IMG/VR virus record: IMGVR_UViG_3300048851_000209
Coordinates: 1 to 34,743 of that record
Source: a virus
Lineage: Duplodnaviria; Caudoviricetes
Length of the DNA stretch: 34,743 nt
Reading direction: 5' to 3' (one strand)
The first letter of the stretch is position 1. Each line of letters starts with the position of its first letter. The position numbers and the translations under genes were made by a program. The notes under the pieces are model-generated. The model had not been told where the DNA came from. It did not search any database and was given only the letters and a program-made list of their open reading frames with translations. Below are positions 1-8,871 of the stretch, piece after piece.

Positions 1-216
1 TTACTTGAAACTGGCTACAACACCTTTGACGGCTAGAATGACCAGCAAAGTTCCGCCGATGTAAAGAAAGCTGGTCGCTCCCAGCCCGACAATATCGTCA
101 TAAGGTTTAGGGAATTCTTTTGCCTGGGTACCAGCGTAAGTGGCCCAACTGGCCAAAAGCAAGCTACCGCTTCCACCTTTCACCTTATCCGCTAGCTCTA
201 ATAACTCCCCCATCAC
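1..216 (-). CDS. Small membrane protein (2 predicted TM), accessory gene
   Basis: 71-aa ORF with hydrophobic segments; GAGGTG RBS-like sequence; starts 5 bp after the stop of 222-686. Confidence 0.6.
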   Translation of the reverse strand: MMGELLELADKVKGGSGSLLLASWATYAGTQAKEFPKPYDDIVGLGATSFLYIGGTLLVILAVKGVVASFK

Positions 217-221
217 CCACC

Positions 222-686
222 TCAGGGTTTGCGAGCGATGAGAAGTCTAATCGCCTCAGCCAAAGCGTAAGCGGTAGCTCCCAGCGGGAAAAATATCCCA
301 AAGCGGGCGGCATCTGCAATGGACGCAATCAGCCCCAGTGCCATAACGGAAAGACCGACAGCCTTTATGCATTGTCTCGTAAAGTCTAGGGCACTGTGAC
401 TTAGAACGTGCGCTGGCATTACTTTCAATGACCCACTTTTTAATTCGCCGATGCCGTCTCTCCAAACATTTGCCGTCTGGATGGTTGCCCCGAAATTAGC
501 AGCACTAGAGATACCTGCGGCAAGGGCGATCTCGCTATGGTTAACAGCATAAGCTGAATTGAGCTTCCGAGTGCTGGACGAAACTGACCAATACCTAGGA
601 GGATTTTCGGAGGCTGCTTGTTTGACCGTCAACCCGCCGCCGACATACCCGGGAAATGTAATCGAAGGGCCCGTAGAAGCCTGCAT
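222..686 (-). CDS. Hypothetical protein with two C-terminal TM helices
   Basis: ATG overlaps the stop of the upstream gene (TGATG at 684-688); hydrophobic C-terminus AVGLSVMALGLIASIA...FGIFFPLGATAYALAEAIRLLI. Confidence 0.6.
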   Translation of the reverse strand: MQASTGPSITFPGYVGGGLTVKQAASENPPRYWSVSSSTRKLNSAYAVNHSEIALAAGISSAANFGATIQTANVWRDGIGELKSGSLKVMPAHVLSHSALDFTRQCIKAVGLSVMALGLIASIADAARFGIFFPLGATAYALAEAIRLLIARKP

Positions 687-1030
687 CACATCTTGGCCTC
701 CAAGGCCTTCATGTAGTCGGTTTTGATTTCACCCCAAACATCCTCATAGCCTTTGACCTGCTGAGAGATCAGCAGCAGCAGATCCTTCAATGCTTGCGGG
801 CTCATACTTATGATGGCGACCGGTTCTGCTTGGTTGGCCTCAACTGTTTCTGGGTGGTTCGGGGAAGAAATCAGCACAGGCCTTTGACGCTGGAACTGCA
901 AAATGCATTCATTCGTTGCGACCGAAATCCGGAATTGAGACGCGGTAAACATCGGCACATTCACCGGCATCACCTGCGCACCCGCCGCCGATAAAATCTC
1001 ATTGAGTTTCTGTTGATCCAAGATCTCCAT
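686..1030 (-). CDS. DUF3467-like protein
   Basis: AGGAAAGGT RBS before ATG 1030; pattern FTASQFRISVATNECILQF...VAIISMSPQALKDLLLLISQQVKGYEDVWGEI resembles DUF3467. Confidence 0.65.
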   Translation of the reverse strand: MEILDQQKLNEILSAAGAQVMPVNVPMFTASQFRISVATNECILQFQRQRPVLISSPNHPETVEANQAEPVAIISMSPQALKDLLLLISQQVKGYEDVWGEIKTDYMKALEAKM

Positions 1031-1144
1031 GAAAGCACCTTTCCTGACGTCGACATTTTGTGCAGCGTTCAAGATAGTGATGTCAACGCGAATATAAAGT
1101 AAATGCCGGACAATGCCCATCCCCGATGCAGCGCGACATTTGCG

Positions 1145-1327
1145 CTACTCTATCGGAGAGGCGGAGCGCGATGGACTGGGTGTGGCGACCTCCCTCCAAA
1201 AGTGCCGGCCTTGCCGATATGCCAGCACCTGCTCCTTGATGAAGCCGGAGCCGAAGTAGATCGCCACCGTGCCGCCGACGTCGATGAGCGTCTTGCTGCC
1301 ACTGACGATGGTTTCATCAGGGATCAA
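1145..1327 (-). CDS. Possible small or truncated phage gene
   Basis: GAAAGGAA RBS before TTG; GC-rich phage-like codons in the first two thirds; no recognisable domain. Confidence 0.3.
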   Translation of the reverse strand: MIPDETIVSGSKTLIDVGGTVAIYFGSGFIKEQVLAYRQGRHFWREVATPSPSRSASPIE

Positions 1328-1348
1328 GAGATTTCCTTTCAGGCAAAG

Positions 1349-1370
1349 AAAAAGCCGCCCGTAGGCGGCC
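1349..1370 (-). terminator. Rho-independent terminator
   Basis: Minus strand GCCGCC-UACG-GGCGGC followed by UUUUU, downstream of 1438-1740. Confidence 0.85.
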
Positions 1371-1437
1371 TAAAAAAGCTCCTCCCGGCAGAAGGACCAG
1401 ATTCATGTGCGAGAAGTAAAGTACGTTTGCGAGAGCC

Positions 1438-1740
1438 TTAGTCGCCCTTCCAGGTGCCGTTAAGCCATGCAGTCATCTGTTGGCCTTTTGCGTTCGGCCC
1501 ACCGAGGGTTGCCCAGTCTTTATCCTCAGGTGTCTCCATGACCAGCACTCTACTCTCCGAGTCGATAGTCTTGATGTGGTCCCTAATGTTAGCGCAGGAA
1601 ATATCTTCATCTCTTGAGGTGAAGAGCCAGAAACCTCCAATCCAGTGCCACCAATGGCCATGGCGATTCAAGTACTCCCGCAGCTTAGCGTTTTTTTCCG
1701 CATCGAACTTTTCAGTAGCAATGACGAAGCGTCTCTTCAT
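1438..1740 (-). CDS. Small putative ferredoxin-like-fold protein (stand-alone Cas2-like type)
   Basis: 100 aa; GHWWHWIGGFWLFTS...IRDHIKTID...RVLVME...DW...WL pattern; ATGA overlap with the upstream gene. Confidence 0.6.
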   Translation of the reverse strand: MKRRFVIATEKFDAEKNAKLREYLNRHGHWWHWIGGFWLFTSRDEDISCANIRDHIKTIDSESRVLVMETPEDKDWATLGGPNAKGQQMTAWLNGTWKGD

Positions 1741-2117
1741 GGCTTACGCTCGATCTGAACGTTCTTCTGGTTACCGCCGGCCGTCTCCTCCGCGGGATCG
1801 AACAGCCCGGTAACGCTGTCGCCCAAAAGGCCGTGCTCGATAGCTATCTTTTGCAGCTTATATTTTTCCGACCGCAATGCGTCAGAGTCGGTTAGAGCGA
1901 AGAATACATAAGCCACTCCATATAGAGCCATGAACACGGCCAACATAAGCAGGACCGTCTGGATAAACCACGGCTCTGCACCAGCGGTGAGCGATGCTGC
2001 CAGCAAGAACATCAGTCCAGCATTGGGCCAAATTAGTGGTCTTAAGACGTCGGAGCGCGTAAGCTCCGCATTCATATGCTCCCGCATCTGCGACAGAAAT
2101 CTAATAAACTCAGGCAT
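1737..2117 (-). CDS. Two-TM membrane protein
   Basis: 126 aa; two hydrophobic helices followed by DSDALRSEKYKLQKIAIEHGLLGDS; AAGGGG RBS. Confidence 0.75.
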   Translation of the reverse strand: MPEFIRFLSQMREHMNAELTRSDVLRPLIWPNAGLMFLLAASLTAGAEPWFIQTVLLMLAVFMALYGVAYVFFALTDSDALRSEKYKLQKIAIEHGLLGDSVTGLFDPAEETAGGNQKNVQIERKP

Positions 2118-2142
2118 TTTTACCCCTTAAGATGCGTCTTGA

Positions 2143-2172
2143 AGGATAGACGCGGCAAATGGGTTCCACAAG
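2143..2172 (-). promoter_or_regulatory. Putative sigma70 promoter of the 1438-2117 operon
   Basis: Minus strand cTTGTGG-N17-TATCCT, resembling the alphaproteobacterial CTTG...CTAT consensus. Confidence 0.45.
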
Positions 2173-2231
2173 CGATCAGCGCCCAGTTCTATATTCCGCG
2201 AAGGCTGTGTAACCCGAGCCTTCAATCTTTA

Positions 2232-2450
2232 TTACGAGCAGTAGGCATCGCGTGATGCATTATTCGCCCGAGCCTGCGTCTGTGTCTGCTCCGTATCTCC
2301 GTTCGAATAGGTGACCGGCTTCCATGCGCGGCAGGTATCGGCCGCGATCGACGTCTCAGTCGCGGCGGTATTTGTCGGCAAGATCGACTGGCACCCGGCC
2401 AGCAAGCACATCATCCCGAGCATCGACAGCAGCGTCCACGCGTTTGCCAT
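2232..2450 (-). CDS. Outer-membrane spanin lipoprotein (Rz1/o-spanin-like)
   Basis: Signal peptide with LAGC lipobox; overlaps the i-spanin gene in another frame; last gene of the lysis cassette. Confidence 0.8.
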   Translation of the reverse strand: MANAWTLLSMLGMMCLLAGCQSILPTNTAATETSIAADTCRAWKPVTYSNGDTEQTQTQARANNASRDAYCS

Positions 2451-2562
2451 GAAGGACTCCGAGTTCATTGAGCACCGCCTTTTCGATGTCGAGCCTTTCA
2501 GCCCGCCGAGCGATGAAGCCGGCGACCTGCAGGATGAGCTTGAGCGCGGCCAGCCAGGTCAT
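2356..2562 (-). CDS. Inner-membrane spanin (Rz/i-spanin-like)
   Basis: N-terminal TM followed by a helical region; lies between the holin and the lipoprotein. Confidence 0.7.
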   Translation of the reverse strand: MTWLAALKLILQVAGFIARRAERLDIEKAVLNELGVLHGKRVDAAVDARDDVLAGRVPVDLADKYRRD

Positions 2563-2786
2563 GCTGCTGGCTTATTGGCCGGGAACAGGTAGACGAAGGC
2601 GGCATTGACCACCGTCATCAGACCGGCGGTGATCTGAGCCTGGCTGAAGCCGAAGGCCGTGCAGGTCTGCACCTGGTCGACGAGGACGCATTCTGCAACG
2701 CCGGTCCACTTCGTGGCGATGTAGGCGAGCAGGATGGCAACGAGGTTGCCGACGAGCGCGCCGATAAGCTTGCTGTACTGAGACAT
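2559..2786 (-). CDS. Putative holin
   Basis: 75 aa with two TM segments; directly downstream of the endolysin. Confidence 0.7.
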   Translation of the reverse strand: MSQYSKLIGALVGNLVAILLAYIATKWTGVAECVLVDQVQTCTAFGFSQAQITAGLMTVVNAAFVYLFPANKPAA

Positions 2787-2804
2787 GCGATGTTCCTTTC
2801 GAGG

Positions 2805-3530
2805 TTAAAGCTTGGATTTCACCAAACCGCGCATCTGATCGCCTATTGCGACTGCGCCTTTGATGCTGTCGTCGAAGGGCAGTCGGGCGATGTCCCATTT
2901 GCCTTTCTGGGTAATGCCGAGGGTCTGCTGGACCTCGGCATGGCTGAGCACGGTCTTGCGATCGGCCTTGATGCCGTAGCGCTTGCAAAGCTGCATGAGC
3001 ACGTAGACCAGCGCGTTCCACTGCGCCCGGGTGATTGGCTGCTTGCCCGGGTTGAAAGGGTTCTCGGTGGCCAGGGCCATGCCGCAGAGCGAGACGCCGA
3101 TCGAGCCGGTGTTGCAGTTGAGGGTATGAGCAGCATAGCCCGCCTTAGCCTTCGGCTCGCTGTTGAGGGCGATTGACGGAACGCCGCGGATCAGCTTGCC
3201 GTCGCCCTCGATCAGGAGGTGATAGTGCTTCCGGTCGTCCTCGCTGGCTTTGTTCTGACCTGCCGTCCAATGGAAGATGATGCGAGAGATCTTCGCATCT
3301 GGCATCCAACCAGCTGGAATGGTCATGGACAATGGATCAGCGGGAACGGCCGGCGCTATAACCGGCGTCGGTATGGTCGCTGTCACACCCCGCAGCGTCA
3401 CGAGCTCATCGAGCGCCTTGTTCACGGCAGACAGGGTTTCAGTGCCGGGATCGCCGTCCGCCCCGTAGAGCGGAAGCTGGAAGCCAAGCGCGATTAAGCG
3501 CCGCTGCAGAACCTGCACGGTCGTGTTCAT
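2805..3530 (-). CDS. Endolysin: N-terminal peptidoglycan-binding domain plus N-acetylmuramoyl-L-alanine amidase (Amidase_2)
   Basis: LQRRLIALGF...GADGDPGTET PG-binding motif; HWTAG, YHLLIEGDG, AHTLNCNTGSIGVSLCG and HAEV amidase motifs. Confidence 0.9.
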   Translation of the reverse strand: MNTTVQVLQRRLIALGFQLPLYGADGDPGTETLSAVNKALDELVTLRGVTATIPTPVIAPAVPADPLSMTIPAGWMPDAKISRIIFHWTAGQNKASEDDRKHYHLLIEGDGKLIRGVPSIALNSEPKAKAGYAAHTLNCNTGSIGVSLCGMALATENPFNPGKQPITRAQWNALVYVLMQLCKRYGIKADRKTVLSHAEVQQTLGITQKGKWDIARLPFDDSIKGAVAIGDQMRGLVKSKL

Positions 3531-3680
3531 GGTGATGTCCTTTGGGTTTAGACGTGGAAACTCACGCCGTGGCGTTGGTGCGCAGCGCCAGCAAGGCTGC
3601 TGTACTTTCGGCCTACGAAATAAACCATATGATTGCGTTTATTGCTTTCAGTTGTATTGTTGCGCAACTGAGGGGGAACA

Positions 3681-3926
3681 ATGCAACCAACAGCGAAACA
3701 GATCGTACTCGCAGCATTCATCAAGAATGAAGGCGGAGAGCTAGTCCCAGCATTCAACCCAAGGCTAATAGACAGTGTGGATACGGCCAAGCGCGATGCT
3801 GCTCGACTAAATTCCATGTATTTTGCTGGTGTAGTCGCCTGGGTTCGGGAGCCTGATCCATTGACTGGGAGGTATGGTCCCGCAGCGGTTATTTACCAGC
3901 GGGGCGAAACGCCGGACCTTCTTTAA
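3681..3926 (+). CDS. Small hypothetical protein (moron, opposite strand)
   Basis: GAGGGGGA RBS; 81 aa; AT-rich upstream region. Confidence 0.7.
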   Translation: MQPTAKQIVLAAFIKNEGGELVPAFNPRLIDSVDTAKRDAARLNSMYFAGVVAWVREPDPLTGRYGPAAVIYQRGETPDLL

Positions 3927-4037
3927 AAACTTCTTGTGCAGAGGCGATGTGGATACGGACCTTTTCGCCATTCCGTCTGATGCTCCTTCATCGACTGATT
4001 CAACCGATGATTTGCGGGCGAGGTTAGTAGCAGTATC

Positions 4038-4670
4038 TCAGGTCGAAAACTCGTAGGTTGGAGAGGAGTTAAACACTCTGCCGGTCGGAGTGTATCCGAA
4101 GCCAGCTAGATAATCGCAAATTGGCAAATAATCGTCGTCTTGATGAGCCTCGATGAACAAACGAGGTTTGTCTTGCGAGAGAATGCGCGAGGCTCCCTGC
4201 AGTGCACCCAACTCGGCACCTTCAATATCCATCTTAATGAGAGAGATCGGCCGCGAGATTAAGCTGTCAAGCGGGGCCTGACGAACAGACGTTTCTGCAA
4301 AATTGCCTTCCGACACATAGTACTCAATGTCGACGGACCCTGCTCTCGGTCCGGCCGCCACCTCAATTACCTCGATCTCACCCTCAAGTCCATTTGCGAA
4401 CGCAAACTGTCGGCACAATTCTGCAGACACAGGGCTAGGTTCAATAGAGAAAACCTCTGAGGCAGCCGTGTTCATAGCGAAATAGACGCTATGGTTTCCG
4501 ATATTAGCGCCGACATCTAGGTATGCGCCGGGTATGTAGAGGTCGGAAATGTAATTCAACATTCGGCTCTCGTACCACTCGCCTCGCCGAAGTGATCTAC
4601 CGATCTTTCCAGCAAGGCCGTTTGGCAGATGCACCTTCCTATGTCCCTTGGAAATCTTAACTGACTTCAC
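4038..4670 (-). CDS. FkbM-family SAM-dependent methyltransferase
   Basis: LDVGANIGNHSVYFA, SIEP, LIKMDIEGAELGALQG and PRLFIE motifs; GTGA overlap with the upstream gene. Confidence 0.92.
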   Translation of the reverse strand: MKSVKISKGHRKVHLPNGLAGKIGRSLRRGEWYESRMLNYISDLYIPGAYLDVGANIGNHSVYFAMNTAASEVFSIEPSPVSAELCRQFAFANGLEGEIEVIEVAAGPRAGSVDIEYYVSEGNFAETSVRQAPLDSLISRPISLIKMDIEGAELGALQGASRILSQDKPRLFIEAHQDDDYLPICDYLAGFGYTPTGRVFNSSPTYEFST

Positions 4671-6646
4671 GCCATTTTATCCACGTTCTTGATCGTTGCG
4701 CTTGCAGGGCCATTGTACCTCAACCCGCCAAAAGAGGTAGCCGTACCGCGCAAATAAACCGGCTGGGGATAATTGGCTGCAACGCCTTCAGCCTTCACAA
4801 CGTCCGTGCCGCCGACCACCTCATAGTTGTCGATAGAAATACGCCGACCAAACTTCCCTACTGATGGGAATTGAAGATAAATGGCTTCAGCTTCGTGTTC
4901 ACTGATGTTCACCATACCAAAGCGTAGAGTATTCGTGTCGTTAGAATCGGAGTTGTTCCCGTTATATTCCGAAACGCGAAGGCCGTTCCTCTTCGCCTTT
5001 CGAGAGTTGAAGACAGGCACTTGGACGTCCTGACACTGACTGAAGTAGCCGCCGTCAAACGAGCTAGAGGTGCCATCTGTCGAGTAAACAGTGATAGGCG
5101 AGAACACGGAGTCCTTCAAATTTTGGACCATGACTCCGAAGTCGTTGAAAGCTGGCGCCGCGCCTACCCCTGCCACTGCAAACCGGCCGCAGTTGAAGAT
5201 ATCTTTGGTCCCGAACGTCATACCTGAGATCGTATCGGAGTTCAGACCAGACCAAATTTTGAAACCGCACTGCCCCGCTCGGCCCGAAACGAGGTCGCCG
5301 ACCATCGTGTTGCGGGTCAGCTGCTCCCCTGAATGTGGCCCACCCCAACGCTCGTTATGCTCACCAGCATCAAAGATCTGACGTGTCCCTACAACGCATT
5401 CGATCAGGCCTTCCCACTGACACGCATTATAGCCAGGATTGGGGATTGCATTGGGAGACTTGCCGGAAGCAGAAACATGCATGATTGAACATCTGGTGAG
5501 GTTTCGCCCGACTATTCCTTTACAGAAACTTTCGAAGGTGAAACTTTCATACCGAGAGCCTACCTGTGGCGAGCCCGCGCCACCGTCGCCATAAATGATT
5601 GCGCCATTGTCCACGTTCTTGGTCCGTCCGGCACCCACACGGTTTCTGCTTCCTTTGAACCTAAAAGCGAAATCAAGGTTGTTTCCTCCCTCGTTGTTGA
5701 CCTGGCTTTCGCATTCAACCATCCACTGAGAGCAGATATTATCGCCCGCAAAATCGACTAGGCGCCGGAATAGCCCACCAGTTGGAATACCAATGTTCAG
5801 GAAGTCAACATCGGCACCATTCGCGAAAGCAAACACAACGGCGGCTGAAGCCGAAAGATTCCCTGTCCAGTCGAAGCGACCTCCCTCAAACCTGTAACGG
5901 GCCTTCGGCATCGTTTTGCTGCTACCATTAAGGCGGATCACGTCGCCCTTGCGCCCACGATACACCATGCCTGGGTTGGTTGCCGCATGGGCGATGAGGC
6001 GATCCAAGGCTGCGTTATTTGCTGTCTCTGTGCCAACGGCTCCGCTCGTGATAAAGCCGAAGTCCCTAAGATCAAACGTATCGCCGAACCGCTGAACAAC
6101 ACTTCGCGAAGAGAACGCTGTAGGAACGGTGATAGGCGTTTCGGCCTGCAACGCGGTATCCGCAAGGGCACCCTGAGCAGCCGTGGCCGCATCCTCAATC
6201 CCATAGCCCGCCAGCGTAGAAGGCAACCCCTCCAGGTCGCTAAACTCTGTCGTGCCTGGAGGTCCCGGGATCGGCAGGCCATCCGGGATAATCAAAGAGG
6301 ACGCGAAGGCAGATAGAGCCGCACGTAACGCTGTAGCTACAGCAAAGGAATTAGCCGTCCATGCACTGCCCGACCAGAACGCAAGCGGCCCGTTCGTCTC
6401 GCCATAGACGATCGAGCCGACGTTGACGTCGCGACCAGTGTCGGCGTTACGAGCGGCCGTGGTGGCATAGGCGTAGATCGTCGTCAGGTAGGATCCAAAC
6501 CGCTGCACCTCGATCGCAAGCCGAGTGTTGCCGCCGAAGCTCTCGATCCGAGGATCAAGCGACACGCCGTTGACCTTGTTCGCGTAGCCCTGTCCTGCCC
6601 ACTCTGCCAAAGCAGTGCGGGTGACGTATTGGTTAATAGGTGCCAT
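4667..6646 (-). CDS. Tailspike/receptor-binding protein with a probable parallel beta-helix (depolymerase-like) domain
   Basis: LPSTLAGYGIEDA fibre repeat; RSVVQRFGDTFDLRDFG tailspike neck motif; Gly/Asn-rich beta-strand repeats. Confidence 0.75.
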   Translation of the reverse strand: MAPINQYVTRTALAEWAGQGYANKVNGVSLDPRIESFGGNTRLAIEVQRFGSYLTTIYAYATTAARNADTGRDVNVGSIVYGETNGPLAFWSGSAWTANSFAVATALRAALSAFASSLIIPDGLPIPGPPGTTEFSDLEGLPSTLAGYGIEDAATAAQGALADTALQAETPITVPTAFSSRSVVQRFGDTFDLRDFGFITSGAVGTETANNAALDRLIAHAATNPGMVYRGRKGDVIRLNGSSKTMPKARYRFEGGRFDWTGNLSASAAVVFAFANGADVDFLNIGIPTGGLFRRLVDFAGDNICSQWMVECESQVNNEGGNNLDFAFRFKGSRNRVGAGRTKNVDNGAIIYGDGGAGSPQVGSRYESFTFESFCKGIVGRNLTRCSIMHVSASGKSPNAIPNPGYNACQWEGLIECVVGTRQIFDAGEHNERWGGPHSGEQLTRNTMVGDLVSGRAGQCGFKIWSGLNSDTISGMTFGTKDIFNCGRFAVAGVGAAPAFNDFGVMVQNLKDSVFSPITVYSTDGTSSSFDGGYFSQCQDVQVPVFNSRKAKRNGLRVSEYNGNNSDSNDTNTLRFGMVNISEHEAEAIYLQFPSVGKFGRRISIDNYEVVGGTDVVKAEGVAANYPQPVYLRGTATSFGGLRYNGPASATIKNVDKMA

Positions 6647-6657
6647 TGATCAGTTCC

Positions 6658-8847
6658 TCACGCGAAAATCAGCGAGGAATACTCGCCCATGCATTTCATC
6701 TCGTAGACGCCAGGGTGATTGCCGCCGTTGGCGTCACACAGGGTCGACGCGGAAAGGCCTACGGAACCTAGATTTCCGTCCCCAAAGAGCTGGCTGTAAT
6801 CCATGTACGCAGCCCCCAGATCCTGAGCGGCGCGGATGGTGTGCTTTGTGGTATAGAGCCAGAAATCAGTGCTCGTCCAAGCACCGCCCCTACGTCCAGG
6901 GCGGGGACATGTCGTGATCAACACTTCCCCGCCAGCGGCACGTACCGCCCCCACAAGCGCCATGTAGTCACTGTAAATCGCTGCATCCGCGAGATGGTTC
7001 ATGCCGAAGTTCATGAGCACAAGGTTGGCGGCTGATGGCGAGAACTGATCGAGCAAGGCGGCTAGGCGAGTGGGGTTGCGAGCGTTAGGAGCGCCGTCGT
7101 TGAAAGGGCCGGTTCCGGTCCCGCTCGTCGTCCCGCCGATACCCATATTCAGCATCTGGACGGGGCAACCCCAGCGCTCGATCGCGTCTTTGGTAAACCA
7201 GTGAGGACCAACATGGACGTGCGCGCCAACGCCACCGTCCCCATCGAATTTCGGAATAGCTGCCAGTGTGTCGGCTGCGTAGTTGAAATAGCCGATCACA
7301 TCTCTGTTGTTGCCATTCGGCGTATAATAGTCGCTGGTCACGCCGTTGCTGATGGCGTGGATGCTGTCAGTGTAGACAAGCAGGTTGACCGGCAACCCGC
7401 GCCGTAGCGCCCGCATTGTCTTTGGCAGAACCGTCCTGTTCCGTCTCAGGTGGGCTTCAAAAGCACCCTCCTGGCCATTTCGAACATAGCCGCGAAAGTC
7501 CGAGGTCTTAATGAACTCGAGACCACCTGAGTGGACGCGCATATAGCCGATGCGCTGAAAACCGACGTTGCTGGGAAGATACTCGTTAGGGTCAAGCTCG
7601 CGATCGGATCCGGTTCCGGCCAAAATCAAACCCGTGTCAGGACTCATTGCCACAACATCATATCGCGTCTTGTTTGCCCCGGAGACTTTGGGGAAAGCTA
7701 AGAAGTGATTGCCGTTGTCGGATGTACCCAGCGGTTGCGGATGGATGTCGATTGAGGTCGCGGGCAGATAAAACGCCCAGAGATTTGGATCTGCTCCCTG
7801 TTCGAAATCGAACCGATCGGGGTCGTTTAGTGTCGCCACGCGCGACGGGTCTTGATCTGTCAGTTCTACTCCGGAAGCGCCCGCACCCTCCGAGTAAACC
7901 TCTTCGTACAACGCGCCGCTGACGGTAGTGGCAGCAAGGAAGCCTCCGGCGCCAGGAGTCGCATCGATAGAGGCACCGCCGCGCCTCCATGCTGGATCGG
8001 CTACCGTTGCGTCTCGACCAGCTAATTTACCAATACCGACATACTGCCCCAAGGAGTTGCGGGCATAGATCTGGTAAAAATAGATGCTGTCAGGATTCAG
8101 GGCGCCAATGCCCTTCACTACCGGGATACGGACCACTTGTGGATTGACCAGAAGGTCAGCATCACCCATCACATCGGCAAGCTTGTACCAGGTCAGAGGT
8201 TGAACGATGACATCCCCTGGTAGCTGAGACGGCCACGCGAATTCCGTATTTCCGGGCACACCATTGCCGATGGAGGCGGCACGCTTCACGATGCGCATGC
8301 CGATCTCTACCGGAAGCCCCGGCGCCTGGAAGAAAAGCTTGGTGATGTATGCCGAAGGGTTCTGTACAATCCTGGGCGGGTTAAAGCCCTGTACCCAGGT
8401 GACGAAGTCTGCTGAATAAACCTGGTCCCCGAAAAACAGCTGTTTAGCCGCCGTGCCAGCGACATAGCGATCGCGAGAGCGCCGCTGACGTGCAATGTCG
8501 GGGATCTTGCTGTCAAGGCCATCGACAGTATCTGTTACAGCATCGATGTCAGCCTGCACGCTGGCAGGATCGATCAGGTCGCCCACTCGCACCCAAGAAG
8601 AGCCGGACCAGGTGTAGGCACCCTTGTCGGCGCCGGCAGTAACTTCACCGGGCTGCCCAACACGAGTGCCAGCGGCAAGGCCAGCCAAAGTGGCAGAGCG
8701 CACAAGGCCCTCGGCGGCGCCGGTAATCAAGTTTTCCATCTCGACTGCCCAAACTTGCGCCTCTTGATTTTTGACCGAGCGCGGCGTCCCGGTTTCGTCA
8801 GTAGGCGCAAATACATCAACGCCTCGGCGTGTAAGACCAAGTGGCAT
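6658..8847 (-). CDS. Tail fibre protein with a C-terminal SGNH/GDSL hydrolase domain
   Basis: Position after the central tail protein; SGNH blocks YTDSI, NMGIGGTTS, NFGMNH and DANGGNHP. Confidence 0.8.
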   Translation of the reverse strand: MPLGLTRRGVDVFAPTDETGTPRSVKNQEAQVWAVEMENLITGAAEGLVRSATLAGLAAGTRVGQPGEVTAGADKGAYTWSGSSWVRVGDLIDPASVQADIDAVTDTVDGLDSKIPDIARQRRSRDRYVAGTAAKQLFFGDQVYSADFVTWVQGFNPPRIVQNPSAYITKLFFQAPGLPVEIGMRIVKRAASIGNGVPGNTEFAWPSQLPGDVIVQPLTWYKLADVMGDADLLVNPQVVRIPVVKGIGALNPDSIYFYQIYARNSLGQYVGIGKLAGRDATVADPAWRRGGASIDATPGAGGFLAATTVSGALYEEVYSEGAGASGVELTDQDPSRVATLNDPDRFDFEQGADPNLWAFYLPATSIDIHPQPLGTSDNGNHFLAFPKVSGANKTRYDVVAMSPDTGLILAGTGSDRELDPNEYLPSNVGFQRIGYMRVHSGGLEFIKTSDFRGYVRNGQEGAFEAHLRRNRTVLPKTMRALRRGLPVNLLVYTDSIHAISNGVTSDYYTPNGNNRDVIGYFNYAADTLAAIPKFDGDGGVGAHVHVGPHWFTKDAIERWGCPVQMLNMGIGGTTSGTGTGPFNDGAPNARNPTRLAALLDQFSPSAANLVLMNFGMNHLADAAIYSDYMALVGAVRAAGGEVLITTCPRPGRRGGAWTSTDFWLYTTKHTIRAAQDLGAAYMDYSQLFGDGNLGSVGLSASTLCDANGGNHPGVYEMKCMGEYSSLIFA

Positions 8848-8871
8848 TTAAGATATCCTTGATTTTTGGTT

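Noticed and set aside
1060-1100. TTGACA-containing promoter for the DUF3467 operon
   Set aside because: A -35 hexamer is present on the minus strand, but there is no convincing -10 at 16-18 bp spacing
1438-1740. Bona fide cas2 of a CRISPR-Cas system
   Set aside because: No cas1 or array, and the canonical YD motif is absent; only a fold-level resemblance is suggested
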